24,000 nucleotides of DNA from NCBI RefSeq assembly GCF_014764405.1, contig NZ_CP061725.1, forward strand, positions 6,342,856 to 6,366,855, in the 5' to 3' direction. A program made the position numbers and the translations under genes. The notes beneath the pieces were generated by a model. That model did no database searches and was not told the origin of the DNA. It worked only from the letters and a program-made list of their open reading frames with translations. Every line of letters starts with the position of its first letter. Position 1 is the stretch's first letter. This DNA is from Micromonospora craniellae (GTDB taxonomy: Bacteria; Actinomycetota; Actinomycetes; Mycobacteriales; Micromonosporaceae). This document shows positions 23,793-24,000 of this stretch, in pieces.

Positions 23793-24000
23793 GTGATCAG
23801 CATCCAGAACGAACCGCAGCCGACCGACCTCGGTGACGTGCGGGTCGCCAACCGCGCGGTGGTCCTGCGGCACGTCCGCCTGCACGCCCCCTGCTCCCGT
23901 GCCGACATCGCCGCCCGCACCGGCCTGAACAAGGCCACCGTCTCCAGCCTGGTCAGCGAACTGATCGACCAACGACTGGTGCGCGAGACCGGGCTCACCG
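23793..24000 (+). CDS. ROK-family transcriptional regulator (XylR/NagC-like), 5' part only; runs off the window
   Basis: The frame from GTG 23793 reads VISIQNEPQPTDLGDVRVANRAVVLRHVRLHAPCSRADIAARTGLNKATVSSLVSELIDQRLVRETGLT. This is the canonical N-terminal winged-helix of ROK repressors (TGLNKxTVSS). GGGAG lies upstream. An alternative in-frame GTG is at 23718. Confidence 0.8.
   Translation, partial: MISIQNEPQPTDLGDVRVANRAVVLRHVRLHAPCSRADIAARTGLNKATVSSLVSELIDQRLVRETGLT

Noticed and set aside
1-24000. CRISPR arrays, rRNA genes, riboswitch-like leaders and long tandem repeats.
   Set aside because: I saw no regularly spaced direct repeats or conserved RNA-gene signatures in any intergenic region. 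The only repeats are the short operator-like and hairpin elements reported above.

Overview
This is a GC-rich actinobacterial chromosomal window; I cannot assign a taxon from the sequence alone. All calls come from reading the ORF translations and DNA motifs by eye. No database search was run.

Layout:
- 1-7.5 kb, core-like housekeeping: an OsmC-like protein, cytochrome bd oxidase cydAB, a PlsC-type acyltransferase, a glycerophosphodiester phosphodiesterase, a UMF1-type MFS transporter, thymidine kinase and a small membrane-anchored hypothetical.
- 7.6-13.3 kb, an accessory, visibly decayed patch: an intact tyrosine recombinase, hsp20 with a sigma70-like promoter and a HAIR-like operator, an FkbM-family methyltransferase, and a phage-type HNH endonuclease. 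These are followed by a ~90-bp AT-rich patch with a 13-bp perfect inverted repeat, a C-terminal alpha/beta-hydrolase remnant, and a 12-mer present three times. The patch ends with a second tyrosine recombinase broken by a frameshift in a C7 run, an acidic orphan gene with atypical codon usage, and a C-terminal acyl-CoA-dehydrogenase-fold remnant.
- 13.3-24 kb: a Nudix hydrolase, a maltose/galactoside O-acetyltransferase and a LysE exporter preceded by a G11 tract. Then comes a glycoside-utilisation locus: GH42 beta-galactosidase, YicI-like GH31 alpha-xylosidase, two LplB/LplC-type ABC permeases, a large Tat-lipoprotein solute-binding protein and a divergent ROK regulator. Both divergent promoter regions of this locus share an identical GGATTAGTTG...CAAACTA motif that resembles Bacillus XylR operators.

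I saw no rRNA, tRNA or CRISPR array. I cannot demonstrate a clearly novel multi-gene system. The best candidates for follow-up are the integrase-bracketed patch (especially the FkbM-methyltransferase/HNH pair and the repeat structures around the broken integrase), the tandem palindromic operator upstream of cydA, and the shared operator of the sugar locus.
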